Shown one piece after another: positions 20,866 through 29,905 of a DNA stretch of 32,000 bases. The notes under the pieces were generated by a model. The model searched no databases. It had not been told where the DNA came from and saw only the letters and a program-made list of their open reading frames with translations. The position numbers and the translations under genes are program-made. Origin of the DNA: Candidatus Iainarchaeum sp. (GTDB lineage Archaea; Iainarchaeota; Iainarchaeia; Iainarchaeales; JAZDEL01). The first letter of the stretch is position 1, and every line of letters starts with the position of its first letter. The stretch spans positions 150,653 to 182,652 of the forward strand of contig JAZDEL010000009.1 in NCBI GenBank assembly GCA_043808785.1, written 5' to 3'.

Positions 20866-22119
20866 ATGCTTACAGTCAATGCAAAGCAACGCGCACTCAC
20901 GCTCCTGCTTGCGGCACTTGCAGCGGTTTCGCTATTTCATTGTGCCTCGGCAATAGGAGATTTGCGCCTTGAAATTCCCGTGCAGGGCATCGAGAGGGGC
21001 AATGGGGAGTTCGGGGTATCGGGCATTGCGCAGGGCGCTGTCTCTATAAGGGCATTTCTCGGCGATGTGGAAGGGGGAAACGAGATATTCAGCCGCACTG
21101 TGCAGCCAGATGAGCGAGGCAGGTTCAGCTATGTGCACCAGTTGACTATGCGCGAGCCGAGCGGAAGATGGCTGCTGCTTGTAAGCGACGAGAACAGCAC
21201 CGAAAGGCTTTCCCTGTACGTTCCCCCGACAAGGGAATCCTCGTTCCTTGTGGTAAGCTTCCTCAGCCCCTCGCCAACGAGATATTACCGAACCTCGGAA
21301 CTCACTGTGTCGGCGCTTGTGCTGGATGCCGGCACCCCGATAAAGGGCGCAACGGTTTATGCGTGGGATATCTCCGGCAAGCGGCAGAAACTGCGGGACA
21401 ATGGTGACGGGAGCTATTCCCTAAGCATGGACATACCGTATGACGCGGAAACAGGGGAGTTTGAAATACTTGCGCTTGCATTCGCGCGCCTTGAAGACGG
21501 GACGCTTGCAGGCGGGCAGAATTCCATGAAAATAACCGTGGAAAAAAACCCGATTAACGTGGAATTCATTTCCCCGAAAACAGACGAGTATGCTGTCGGG
21601 GAGAACCTGCCCATAGAAATCAAACTTTCATATGCCGGGGGAAAGCCCGTAGAGGGCGCGAAAGTTTATGCTTTCGTGAATCTCCTTGCGCTCGACCTTG
21701 CGCCAAAGGGCGGGGGAATTTATGCAGGCACCCATTTCCCCAAGTACGCAAAGAACGATGTCATAACCCTGTCGGTCAAAGCCGAAGATTCCGCAATGAA
21801 CAGCGGCGAAGCCCTGAAATCGCTGAAGCCGGGCAACTACCTCATTTGGCAATTGAAGAGCAACGCAATATTCTACATATTCCCCGCGCTCATAATAATT
21901 TACATCCTCTACATTTCACTCAAGGAATTCAGGGTTTTCTTCTCGAAATCCATGCTCAAGAGGGAGAGGCAGGAACTGCTCAGGCTCAAGGTGCACCTGC
22001 ATGAAGATTTTTACCGGCGCAACATAATAGGCGAGCGCACCTTCCAGCAGCGCAATGCGGAATACAACGCGAAGCTTGACAGGATAGAGGCTGGGCTTTC
22101 GCAGCTTAAAGATGCGTGA
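20866..22119 (+). CDS. Surface protein: signal peptide, Ig-like beta domains, C-terminal TM and the same conserved cytoplasmic tail as the 16931-18736 product
   Basis: 417 aa. The signal peptide is ALTLLLAALAAVSLFHCASA. Beta-rich repeats follow. TM: IFYIFPALIIIYILYISL. Tail: ...LHEDFYRRNIIGERTFQQRNAEYNAKLDRIEAGLSQLK. Confidence 0.75.
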   Translation: MLTVNAKQRALTLLLAALAAVSLFHCASAIGDLRLEIPVQGIERGNGEFGVSGIAQGAVSIRAFLGDVEGGNEIFSRTVQPDERGRFSYVHQLTMREPSGRWLLLVSDENSTERLSLYVPPTRESSFLVVSFLSPSPTRYYRTSELTVSALVLDAGTPIKGATVYAWDISGKRQKLRDNGDGSYSLSMDIPYDAETGEFEILALAFARLEDGTLAGGQNSMKITVEKNPINVEFISPKTDEYAVGENLPIEIKLSYAGGKPVEGAKVYAFVNLLALDLAPKGGGIYAGTHFPKYAKNDVITLSVKAEDSAMNSGEALKSLKPGNYLIWQLKSNAIFYIFPALIIIYILYISLKEFRVFFSKSMLKRERQELLRLKVHLHEDFYRRNIIGERTFQQRNAEYNAKLDRIEAGLSQLKDA

Positions 22120-22828
22120 GGTCGAGAGGGCATGGACGCACTTTCAAAAAAAAATAGGCGCGTTCATCAAAAACCCGAAATTTGCAATCGCGCGGCTGTT
22201 CGGCAGGAGGCGCGGCTGGCAGGAAAGCGGCGAAGGCGGCGGGCTTAAGGCGAAAAACTACATGAGTTACGGGGAATACCTCGCGCACCAGAAATCGAAA
22301 CTCGGGCTGATGCGGAAAGAAACACTCCTCAAACACGATGAAAAATACCGTCCCGCGCTCATGGAAAGGCTTATGGGGAACGGCATCGCGAAGCGGGGCA
22401 TGAACGTGCTCTGCCTGGGCGCGCGCACGGGCGCGGAGGCAAAGTCCTCCCTCGACCTCGGCTGTTTTGCGGTCGGCATAGATATCAACCCGGGAAAGGA
22501 AAACAAATATGTGCTTTACGGGGATTTCCATAAAATCCAGTTCCCGGCGCAGAGCGCGGACATCGTATTCACTAATTCCCTCGACCATGCCCTCGATTTC
22601 GGGCTGCTTATGAGCGAAATAAAAAGGGTGCTCAAGCCCGAGGGCAGGCTGATAATAGAAATCGCTGATAAAAAAGAGATGCCATGCCCCGGCTATTACG
22701 AGTCTGCGGCGTGGGAAAGCGCAGGGGACATAATTTCATTGTTCCTGAAATCCGGCTTCAGGGCGGAAAGCGAGTCGCGCTTCAGGGTTCCCTGGGAAGG
22801 CAGGCATTTTTCGCTTGCGTTTGAATAA
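22112..22828 (+). CDS. Class I SAM-dependent methyltransferase
   Basis: Motif I is VLCLGARTGAEAKSSLDLGCFAVGIDINP; the post-I/II region is IVFTNSLDHALDF...VLKPEGRLIIEI. The ATG at 22112 overlaps the upstream gene by 8 nt. An alternative start is Met51 (22262, MSYGEYLAHQKSKL). Confidence 0.8.
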   Translation: MREVERAWTHFQKKIGAFIKNPKFAIARLFGRRRGWQESGEGGGLKAKNYMSYGEYLAHQKSKLGLMRKETLLKHDEKYRPALMERLMGNGIAKRGMNVLCLGARTGAEAKSSLDLGCFAVGIDINPGKENKYVLYGDFHKIQFPAQSADIVFTNSLDHALDFGLLMSEIKRVLKPEGRLIIEIADKKEMPCPGYYESAAWESAGDIISLFLKSGFRAESESRFRVPWEGRHFSLAFE

Positions 22829-22876
22829 TTCTTTTCACAAGCCCCGGCTTGCGCTTGAACAGAAGGGACATTGCCT

Positions 22877-23746
22877 TTATTTCAATTCCTTATTTTTTTC
22901 AAGCAGCGCAAACCCTCCCGCGGGACGGCAAAACCTTTTCCCAAAAAGCAACGGGTCGAGCATCTCTACACTGCCCTCAAGCAGCCAAAACAATTTTCCA
23001 ATCGCATTCGGTCTTTTTATCTCCAAAGCTTTGCCCGGGCTCGGAGGCCTGCCATACTTCGCCTCCTCAAACATTTTTTCCCTGGCAGGGCGGACAAATG
23101 ACACCACCCTCCTTGCAATGGGCATAAAAAATTGCCCGTAAACCACGAATTTCCTGACTGCAAATCCGGACTTTTCGGCAAGTTCCGCAAACTCGCTTTC
23201 CGAGTACAGCGAAACATGACCGTGGCAATCATCCTCCAAAAGCGTGCGCCTCAGGCGCTTTTTTGATTCCGGGATAAAGCCCGTGAAAACAACCAGCTTC
23301 CCCGCAGGCTTCAGCACCCTGTTGAACTCCCCCATGCATTTCAAGGGATCCGCAACATGCTCCATGAAATCCATTGCGAATGCCTTGTCAAAATAAGCAT
23401 CCCCGAACTCCAGTGCCGAGACATCGCCTGTTGAAAAGAAGGCGTTTTTGGCGCCGGCGGATTTTTTGTACTCTAACGCGAATTCTATTATCGGCGGGTT
23501 TATATCCACCCCGCATACTGCTTTGCAACAATCGGACAAATTGACTGCATAATGCCCGGGGCCGCATGCCGCATCCAGCACCACATCGCCTTGCGCGGGC
23601 TTAAGGAAATTTTTCAGCAGCCTGAACTTGGCCCTATACCTGAAATACGCCCCTGGGGAGAGTGATATCTGCGATTTCACATACTCCGCCAAATCCATAG
23701 TTGCATAATTTTTGGCCTGACCGGGATTCCCGTAGCATTCGACCAT
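22877..23746 (-). CDS. Class I SAM-dependent methyltransferase (Methyltransf_11-like)
   Basis: VVLDAACGPGHYAVNLSDCCKAVCGVDINP is motif I. FDKAFAMDFMEHVADPLKCMGEFNRVLKPAGKLVVF covers motifs II-III. Confidence 0.85.
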   Translation of the reverse strand: MVECYGNPGQAKNYATMDLAEYVKSQISLSPGAYFRYRAKFRLLKNFLKPAQGDVVLDAACGPGHYAVNLSDCCKAVCGVDINPPIIEFALEYKKSAGAKNAFFSTGDVSALEFGDAYFDKAFAMDFMEHVADPLKCMGEFNRVLKPAGKLVVFTGFIPESKKRLRRTLLEDDCHGHVSLYSESEFAELAEKSGFAVRKFVVYGQFFMPIARRVVSFVRPAREKMFEEAKYGRPPSPGKALEIKRPNAIGKLFWLLEGSVEMLDPLLFGKRFCRPAGGFALLEKNKELK

Positions 23747-23875
23747 GAGATAAGAAAGGGGCGAAATAGTTAAAATAAGCTACATAGCCGCAAGACCGCT
23801 TCCCAGCCGAATAATAGCCCGCCTGCGGCACACGGCATATCAAGCAGCACGGCCTGCCTAATGCCATACCTCGCT

Positions 23876-23884
23876 TTTTATATT
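23876..23884 (+). promoter_or_regulatory. TATA-like box, leaderless spacing
   Basis: TTTTATATT, centred about 26 nt upstream of ATG 23906. Confidence 0.5.
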
Positions 23885-23905
23885 CACGAATGGCGTTATT
23901 AGTTT

Positions 23906-24751
23906 ATGCTCACCGCAGGAATCTGTGCATACAACGAGGGCAGGAGCATCGGGAAGGCAATCGCTTCCGTTCTGCCACAGCTCGGAAGCAACGATGAATT
24001 GATTGTGGTCGCAAGCGGATGCACGGACAGCACAGCCCCTGTTGTGCGCGAAATTGCCGAAAAGGATGCAAGGGTAAGGCTTATGGAGGAGCCAGAGAGG
24101 CGCGGCAAGTCGTCCGCGATAAACTTTATCCTGAAGAATGCGAAAGGCGGCACAATAGTGCTTACAGACGCGGATGTCATTGTCGGCAGCGGCGCAATCA
24201 AGGCGCTCGAGGAAAGGCTCGAAGAAAGCGGCGCGGGCGCGGTTATTGCCAGCACGTGCCCCTACAAAACCGAAAACTTTTTCGACAGGCTGCAGGCATT
24301 CGCATGGCGCGCATTCAACAGCACGCGCGCGGAGCAGTCGCAGAGCGGGGAGCTTTTCGCGCTTAACGGCTATCTCAGTGCCTTGAGGGCGGGAATTGTG
24401 GAACAAATCCCCGAAGGAAATCTTGTCGAGGACTGGCTCCTCGGCTGGGAAATAAAAAAGGCGGGGCATGCGGTGCTCTATGAGCCGCGCGCGGAGGTTT
24501 ATGTCCAGGCCGCGCAGAACCTCGGGGATTACATAAGGCAGAAGGAACGCGTAAGGACCGGCCAGTGGCAGATGAGGCGCGAGGGGATGAAACTTTCATA
24601 CCTGAGGAAGCCCGTGCACCTGAAGCACCTGCTGAAAAGCCCGTACGCTTTGCCATACCTTGCGCTTGATGCGGCAATACTTGCAAAGGCATTCCTGAAC
24701 TTCAGCACAGGCAGGCGCGCATGGGAGCCTGTTGCATCTTCAAAAATTTAG
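23906..24751 (+). CDS. Family 2 glycosyltransferase
   Basis: AGICAYNEGRSIGKAIASVL...ELIVVASGCTDSTAPVV...IVLTDADVIV carries the GT-A fold N-terminal motifs and DxD. Confidence 0.85.
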   Translation: MLTAGICAYNEGRSIGKAIASVLPQLGSNDELIVVASGCTDSTAPVVREIAEKDARVRLMEEPERRGKSSAINFILKNAKGGTIVLTDADVIVGSGAIKALEERLEESGAGAVIASTCPYKTENFFDRLQAFAWRAFNSTRAEQSQSGELFALNGYLSALRAGIVEQIPEGNLVEDWLLGWEIKKAGHAVLYEPRAEVYVQAAQNLGDYIRQKERVRTGQWQMRREGMKLSYLRKPVHLKHLLKSPYALPYLALDAAILAKAFLNFSTGRRAWEPVASSKI

Positions 24752-24778
24752 GCACGGCGCCGCGGCAAAAAACAAAAA

Positions 24779-24786
24779 TTTATATT
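24779..24786 (+). promoter_or_regulatory. TATA-like box, leaderless spacing
   Basis: TTTATATT, centred about 27 nt upstream of ATG 24809. Confidence 0.5.
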
Positions 24787-24808
24787 CAGGTCGGGCGTAA
24801 TACTTCGG

Positions 24809-25825
24809 ATGAACTGGCTGCTTCTTGCCCTTGCTTTTGCGCTTGCATTCATCCCAACGGCATATTACATGCCTCATTTTATAGGCCTGCTGCGCACAAG
24901 GAAGGAGCTGCTGCGCCCGGACATGAACAAAGCGGGGAAACCGCTGGTGCCTGCGCTCGGCGGGATTGCGCTTGTAACCGGCTTCATGTTTTCCCTCGCA
25001 AGCGTTGTCCTTATTTCGGTATTATTCTCCGCGAATTCGGTGAATCTTGCGGTGCTGCTGCCAGCAATGCTCACCCTTGCCCTCATAGCCCTGCTCGGGC
25101 TTGTTGACGACATAATTGTGATTCCAAAGAGGTTCACAAAGCCCATACTCACGCTTTATGCCTCGATACCGATGATGGCGCTTGCAGGGCTGAACACGGT
25201 TATTTACCTGCCGCTTTTTGGGGGCATAGACTTCGGCATACTCTACGGCCTTGTTTTTGTCCCGCTTGCGATAGTCTTCTGCGCAAATGCCGTGAACATA
25301 CTCTCGACATACAACGGAATCGAGGCCGGAATGGGCCTTGTTGCCGCGTTCGGGATTTTCCTTGCGGCATACATAAAAGGGGAATTCACTGGCATGCTGA
25401 TTGCCGTGCCGTTCATTGCAGTGCTCATTGTTTTCCTGCGCTACAACATGCTCCCCGCGAAAATATTTCCGGGGAATGTGGGGGCGCTTTTCATAGGCGG
25501 CGCGCTTGCTGTTGCAGCAATCCTCGGCAACGTGGAACGCACGCTCGTGATAATAATGATACCCTACTTCGCACATTTCCTCCTTTATTCCCGCAACCTC
25601 TTCAGATGGAAGCCCGAAATGTGGGGCGTTCCGCAAAAAAACGGCACGCTGAAATGCGGCTACAACAGGCCATACGGAATTATGCACTGGCTGATTATGA
25701 ACAGGCAGGGCATGACCGAAAAAAAGGTTGTTTATTCCCTTATCGCACTCGAGGCGCTGTTTGCGGCTGCGGCAGTTATGGCTGAATTAACGCGCCTCAG
25801 GATTCCGGAGGTTTTTGCGCTTTGA
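24809..25825 (+). CDS. Polyprenyl-phosphate N-acetylhexosamine-1-phosphate transferase (GT4 MraY/WecA/ALG7 superfamily; archaeal AglH-like)
   Basis: 338 aa with about 10 TM segments. LGLVDDIIVIPKRFTKP and CANAVNILSTYNGIEAG match the eukaryal/archaeal GPT motifs (VDD...; NAINIlAGiNGLEaG). Confidence 0.85.
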   Translation: MNWLLLALAFALAFIPTAYYMPHFIGLLRTRKELLRPDMNKAGKPLVPALGGIALVTGFMFSLASVVLISVLFSANSVNLAVLLPAMLTLALIALLGLVDDIIVIPKRFTKPILTLYASIPMMALAGLNTVIYLPLFGGIDFGILYGLVFVPLAIVFCANAVNILSTYNGIEAGMGLVAAFGIFLAAYIKGEFTGMLIAVPFIAVLIVFLRYNMLPAKIFPGNVGALFIGGALAVAAILGNVERTLVIIMIPYFAHFLLYSRNLFRWKPEMWGVPQKNGTLKCGYNRPYGIMHWLIMNRQGMTEKKVVYSLIALEALFAAAAVMAELTRLRIPEVFAL

Positions 25826-26417
25826 CAACAACCGAAATCGCAAGCCTCGGGAAAATTGCCGCAACAAAGTTAAACCAGTAAAAGCCGCAGCCTGTTGTTT
25901 TTTTTACTTCGAAACCGTGCGATTTTATTTTTTCCGTGATTTCATCCATTGAATATTCGTGAAGGTGCAGCGGGTTTGTTGGCGGGTTCATGCCGAGAGC
26001 GCGCAGAATCCTCCTGTTCATCCTGTTCCTGTTCGGCACCGTGACTACGAGCGTGCCGCCCGCCTCAAGCACGCGCAGCGCCTCCTGCAATGCCGCGCCC
26101 CCGTCCTGCATGTGCTCCATTATTTCGCTCATCACAACCGAGGAAAAAACCCCGCCCCTGAAGGGCAGGGCTGCGGCGTCGGCAATCGCAATCCTGCTCC
26201 TGCGCTTTGCCCAGTGCTTCGACCATTCGCCGCAACATTTCAATTCATTTTCTATCCCGAACGTGCTGTCCGCGCGCGCGAGGAAGCTGTCGGTCTGGCT
26301 TGCAACAAAGCAGCCCACGTCCAGCAGCCGCCCCCCCTGCGGCAACAGCCCGAGAACCAGCCTTGCCCTTGCCTTCCATAGCTTTTTGCTCCTGAAAGAC
26401 TGCTCGCTCAGGCTCAT
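25797..26417 (-). CDS. Class I SAM-dependent methyltransferase
   Basis: I prefer ATG 26417 (MSLSEQSFRSKKLW...) over the track TTG at 26591. Motif I is RLLDVGCFVASQ, and VFSSVVMSEIMEHMQDGGAALQEALRVLEAGGTLVVTVP follows. Its 3' end overlaps the convergent gene by 29 nt. Confidence 0.75.
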   Translation of the reverse strand: MSLSEQSFRSKKLWKARARLVLGLLPQGGRLLDVGCFVASQTDSFLARADSTFGIENELKCCGEWSKHWAKRRSRIAIADAAALPFRGGVFSSVVMSEIMEHMQDGGAALQEALRVLEAGGTLVVTVPNRNRMNRRILRALGMNPPTNPLHLHEYSMDEITEKIKSHGFEVKKTTGCGFYWFNFVAAIFPRLAISVVVKAQKPPES

Positions 26418-26626
26418 GCCCCTGAGAATTTCAAAAAAGCCCACAATAAATAGAAGCCTTAACAAAATAAAAACCGCACTGCGGGAGACCGGCGCAGCAG
26501 AAATTAAAGAAACCTGAACCCGTGGAAAATTTGGTTGTGAAAAAGAAAAACCGCGGAAGCGGTTGGTTTGCGGGGTTTGCGAGCAGCGCAACCGCGCTAT
26601 TCGGGCGCGCTAATCGGGCAGGGGCA

Positions 26627-28903
26627 ATGAAAAGCGATAAATATAAGTTGCCACCAATTATTGCAAAATCGGGGGATACCATGGCGGGAAACGGCATATG
26701 CAGGGCTGCGGCAGTTATTGTGATTTTTTTCGCGCTCGCCGCTCCCGTGCACGCATCATACGACAAAGGCAGATACAATACGGACGTGGATTACCTCGCC
26801 CTCCACCTTGCCGAGATAGATAAGGACGGCTTTACCAAATACAGCGACGAATACGCGAGCTTCAGGTGGCGCAACCTCGCATTCCTCCCGGAAAAAATCC
26901 CCGTGATGGGGCTGGGGCCGCTCGCCTCAGACGCCCTTGTTGTAATGGAACTCAAAGACATAAACGGCACGGTTTTCATGCACACTTTCATAAATTTTGA
27001 CGGCATGGAAAAATATCCCATAATAGAAGGGGCGGACTATTTTGAAGGCGACCCGAAGGCTCTCGGCCTTTTCAGGAAGGTTGACGATGCAAACGAACTT
27101 ACCATCTGGCGCGAGCATCCCGTGATTTCAATCTTCGGCAACAGCATGTTCGACCCGCCGTCGGGAGTTCCTTTCAGGGTGAACAACAGCGGGGCATTCG
27201 GCAATATTTCGATATTTGTCCCGAAAAACCTGGCTATGCTGGATTATTACAGCAACCAGTACATATTCAAGACAAACGAGAACTCGGTATTTGCATACCA
27301 TTACAATGTAACCTCTGTTGTATATGCCGACCTCGGCTTCAAGCTTGCGATACAGATTGCGCTCGGCTTAATAACCATGCTCGTTGTTTTCACAATACTC
27401 TGGCTGTACAAATACATCCCGCAGTTCAACATAAGGCCGAAGCACTTCGTGCTTGCGATGCTTGCCTGCGGCCTGTTAATGGCACAACTGGCGTTTCTTA
27501 TCCCCAACCCGAATGCGCTTAATATCGACTGGTGGCTGAAACCACAGTACGGCGAGGAAGTGGTTCCGTTCTACCTGCGCTTTATCCTCGGCATGACCGA
27601 TTCCGCGGACGGAATATTCATCCACAGCTTCAGCTGGAACGAGAACGAGCCGTTCAGCAAGGACAGGGGAACATTCCTCCTTATGAAAAGTGCTGGGAAA
27701 ATTTACATCTTAGAGGGGCTTGAGGACAGCAGGGGCACTGTGCAGCTCATAAAGGAAAATGCGGGCGCGGAAAAGGTCGAGTTAATATCGGAAGCACAGC
27801 TTCAGGAAAAGAAACAGGAGATGTCGCGCGCTTATCCGTGGGATTTCCTCTTCCAATACGTAAGGGCGCCGATATATTTCCTGTTCCTCATTATATCGTT
27901 TGCCGCCACTGCATTCATAATAACCCTTGCTTTCGAGATAAAAGGAGTGCGCGCATTGGTTGCTGCCGCGGTTATCCTGTTTGTGACGCCGTTCGCGCTC
28001 CAGTTCCTCAACATACTCGCCGGTTTCCAGGCGCATCTCCCGGTGACATACCACGGCGCAAGCACGCTCCCGCTTACTATGTCATCGCGCTCGATCCCTT
28101 TCCTCGAGCAGGCGCACTCGGTAAGGGCTGTGCTGCTCATGCTCGGCGTAGGGTTTGCTTTCATTTTTGTGCGGGCGGTGCGCAGGCGCATCAGCATCCG
28201 CGCGTTCCTTGTGCCTATCCTTATATTCGCGCTTTTGCTGACCCTGCCGCAGACTGAATTTTCCGCAAAAAGGACAATAGGCGCCTTTGCATGCGGCGAC
28301 TGCGGCATAAACTACCGCGGCCAGCTTGACTGGCTGAATACCATTAACCTATATTCCGCGGTAAGGGCAAACAGCGACCTCTCGGCGCTCTTCGAGGAAA
28401 GTTCCCAGGACATGCTGAATAAGGCAAGGGGCCTGCGCCTGCAGGGAAAATACCCTGAAGCGATAGAGGCGTTCGAGGAGATACTTTATTCGAGGCCTAT
28501 TGATAGGGACCTGATTCCTCCGCTGATTGAGCTTGCCGACCTCAGTTCATATACCGGCGATTACGGGAAGGCGATAACCGCGCTGCAAATAGCGCTCGAC
28601 ACAGGCCCCGACCAGAGCGAAAAAGGCAACATACTGCTTGGATTGGGAACCGTGTATGAAAGGCAGGGCGGCGCGGAGAATTTTAAGAAGGCAATGGACA
28701 TTTACACCGAATGTATAGGGAGCGTTGGGGTCGAGGATTATGTTGTAGTGTGCATGTTCCGCAGGGCGGAGAAATACGGGCAGAACGGGGAATTCGCAAA
28801 TGCGGTAAAGGATTATAAGGAAATAGTCGAAAAATACCCCGAACATAGGATGGCGCCTACGGCACGGCAGAGGCTGGAGGGCCTGATGGGGGCGAAAAAA
28901 TGA
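26627..28903 (+). CDS. Large membrane protein: N-terminal anchor, ~200-aa external domain, polytopic core, C-terminal TPR repeats
   Basis: The start is uncertain: GTG 26522 (track), ATG 26627 (MKSDKYKLPP...) or ATG 26681 (MAGNGICRAAAVIVIFFALAAPVHA). There are at least 8 hydrophobic segments. The C-terminal region ...ARGLRLQGKYPEAIEAFEEIL...GDYGKAITALQIAL...GEFANAVKDYKEIVEKYPEH is TPR-like. Confidence 0.7.
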   Translation: MKSDKYKLPPIIAKSGDTMAGNGICRAAAVIVIFFALAAPVHASYDKGRYNTDVDYLALHLAEIDKDGFTKYSDEYASFRWRNLAFLPEKIPVMGLGPLASDALVVMELKDINGTVFMHTFINFDGMEKYPIIEGADYFEGDPKALGLFRKVDDANELTIWREHPVISIFGNSMFDPPSGVPFRVNNSGAFGNISIFVPKNLAMLDYYSNQYIFKTNENSVFAYHYNVTSVVYADLGFKLAIQIALGLITMLVVFTILWLYKYIPQFNIRPKHFVLAMLACGLLMAQLAFLIPNPNALNIDWWLKPQYGEEVVPFYLRFILGMTDSADGIFIHSFSWNENEPFSKDRGTFLLMKSAGKIYILEGLEDSRGTVQLIKENAGAEKVELISEAQLQEKKQEMSRAYPWDFLFQYVRAPIYFLFLIISFAATAFIITLAFEIKGVRALVAAAVILFVTPFALQFLNILAGFQAHLPVTYHGASTLPLTMSSRSIPFLEQAHSVRAVLLMLGVGFAFIFVRAVRRRISIRAFLVPILIFALLLTLPQTEFSAKRTIGAFACGDCGINYRGQLDWLNTINLYSAVRANSDLSALFEESSQDMLNKARGLRLQGKYPEAIEAFEEILYSRPIDRDLIPPLIELADLSSYTGDYGKAITALQIALDTGPDQSEKGNILLGLGTVYERQGGAENFKKAMDIYTECIGSVGVEDYVVVCMFRRAEKYGQNGEFANAVKDYKEIVEKYPEHRMAPTARQRLEGLMGAKK

Positions 28904-29427
28904 GGGCAAGGAATGCGGCACTGCTTATCGGGTTTTTCCTGCTTATGCTTATGCCGTCCGCGTTCTCGCGCGCAGGATTTGAAAGCCTTTTCGAGGCGCA
29001 GATTGCGAGCAGGGGCATGCTGCTTTATTTCGCCGCATTTGTTGTGCTGCTTGCAATCCCCTTTATGAACAGGTATCTGGCGATTGTGGCAATTTATTTT
29101 ATAGCCTTTGCATTGAGCAGGGGGCTTATGCGCATAACCGACGAGCAGGATACCGTAAGGACGGTTTACAGCATCGGCGCGGGCTTCGAACTCGGTTTGA
29201 AGGTCGCTTTGCCGCTACTTGCAGCCGCGGCATTATGGCTCGGGATAATTCTCCTGCTGAAGAGGCTGAAGTTTGTCTCCGCAACATCGGGAGAGGAAAT
29301 AATCGAGCGCATAAACAGGGAAAGGCGCAAAGGAAAAAGCCTGGATGCAATAAAAGGCGAGCTAATCGGCGAGGGCGTGAGCGCGGAGGAGATAGGCAAG
29401 GCGCTCCGCGGGAAAGGGGGGAATTGA
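28900..29427 (+). CDS. Membrane protein (4 TM) with a charged helical C-terminal tail, unknown function
   Basis: 175 aa. Its ATG overlaps the upstream stop (ATGA). Tail: EEIIERINRERRKGKSLDAIKGELIGEGVSAEEIGKAL. Confidence 0.6.
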   Translation: MRARNAALLIGFFLLMLMPSAFSRAGFESLFEAQIASRGMLLYFAAFVVLLAIPFMNRYLAIVAIYFIAFALSRGLMRITDEQDTVRTVYSIGAGFELGLKVALPLLAAAALWLGIILLLKRLKFVSATSGEEIIERINRERRKGKSLDAIKGELIGEGVSAEEIGKALRGKGGN

Positions 29428-29428
29428 T

Positions 29429-29839
29429 TTGAGGGAAAGGCTTAAGGAAGCGCTTGCGGGCAAAGTGGAATCAATTTTGAGGAGCAGGAAATTTGCCGCG
29501 GCACTGCACCTGCCTGTTGCTGGCGCGCTCCTCTGCATGGCTTTCGGGTTTTTTATCGCAAAAAGCTGGCGGACGCTCGGCGAGGACGTGAAGCTCGGGG
29601 TTGCGGCGCAGTTCTGTTTTCCACTTGTTTTCCTTTTTGGCCTTGCAGTGAGATACCTTTTCTGGCTCTTTTGGTTCGAGTGGGTGAATCTCGCAATGCA
29701 GTATGCGCTTTCGGCATATATGGTAGCTGCATATGCCGCAATGCTGCTTGCCGCATTTGGCATTTACACAGGGCGCAACTTCAGGTATGGGCGCCTCAAG
29801 CCCGCATTGCTCGGGTTTGCGGAATGGCTCTTCGGGTGA
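29429..29839 (+). CDS. Small membrane protein, unknown function
   Basis: 136 aa. The TTG start lies 1 nt after the upstream stop, and an alternative GTG lies 11 codons in. Three to four hydrophobic segments. Confidence 0.5.
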   Translation: MRERLKEALAGKVESILRSRKFAAALHLPVAGALLCMAFGFFIAKSWRTLGEDVKLGVAAQFCFPLVFLFGLAVRYLFWLFWFEWVNLAMQYALSAYMVAAYAAMLLAAFGIYTGRNFRYGRLKPALLGFAEWLFG

Positions 29840-29905
29840 GTATGGTGAAAGCCCCGAGTGAACTGCCTGCCGCTGAAGCGGGTGAGGGTTCTCTCGGGCT
29901 GCGCC

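Noticed and set aside
25022-25687. 221-aa minus-strand ORF
   Set aside because: It is antisense to the GlcNAc-1-P transferase gene, which has clear family motifs. It has a charged low-complexity composition and is a shadow ORF.
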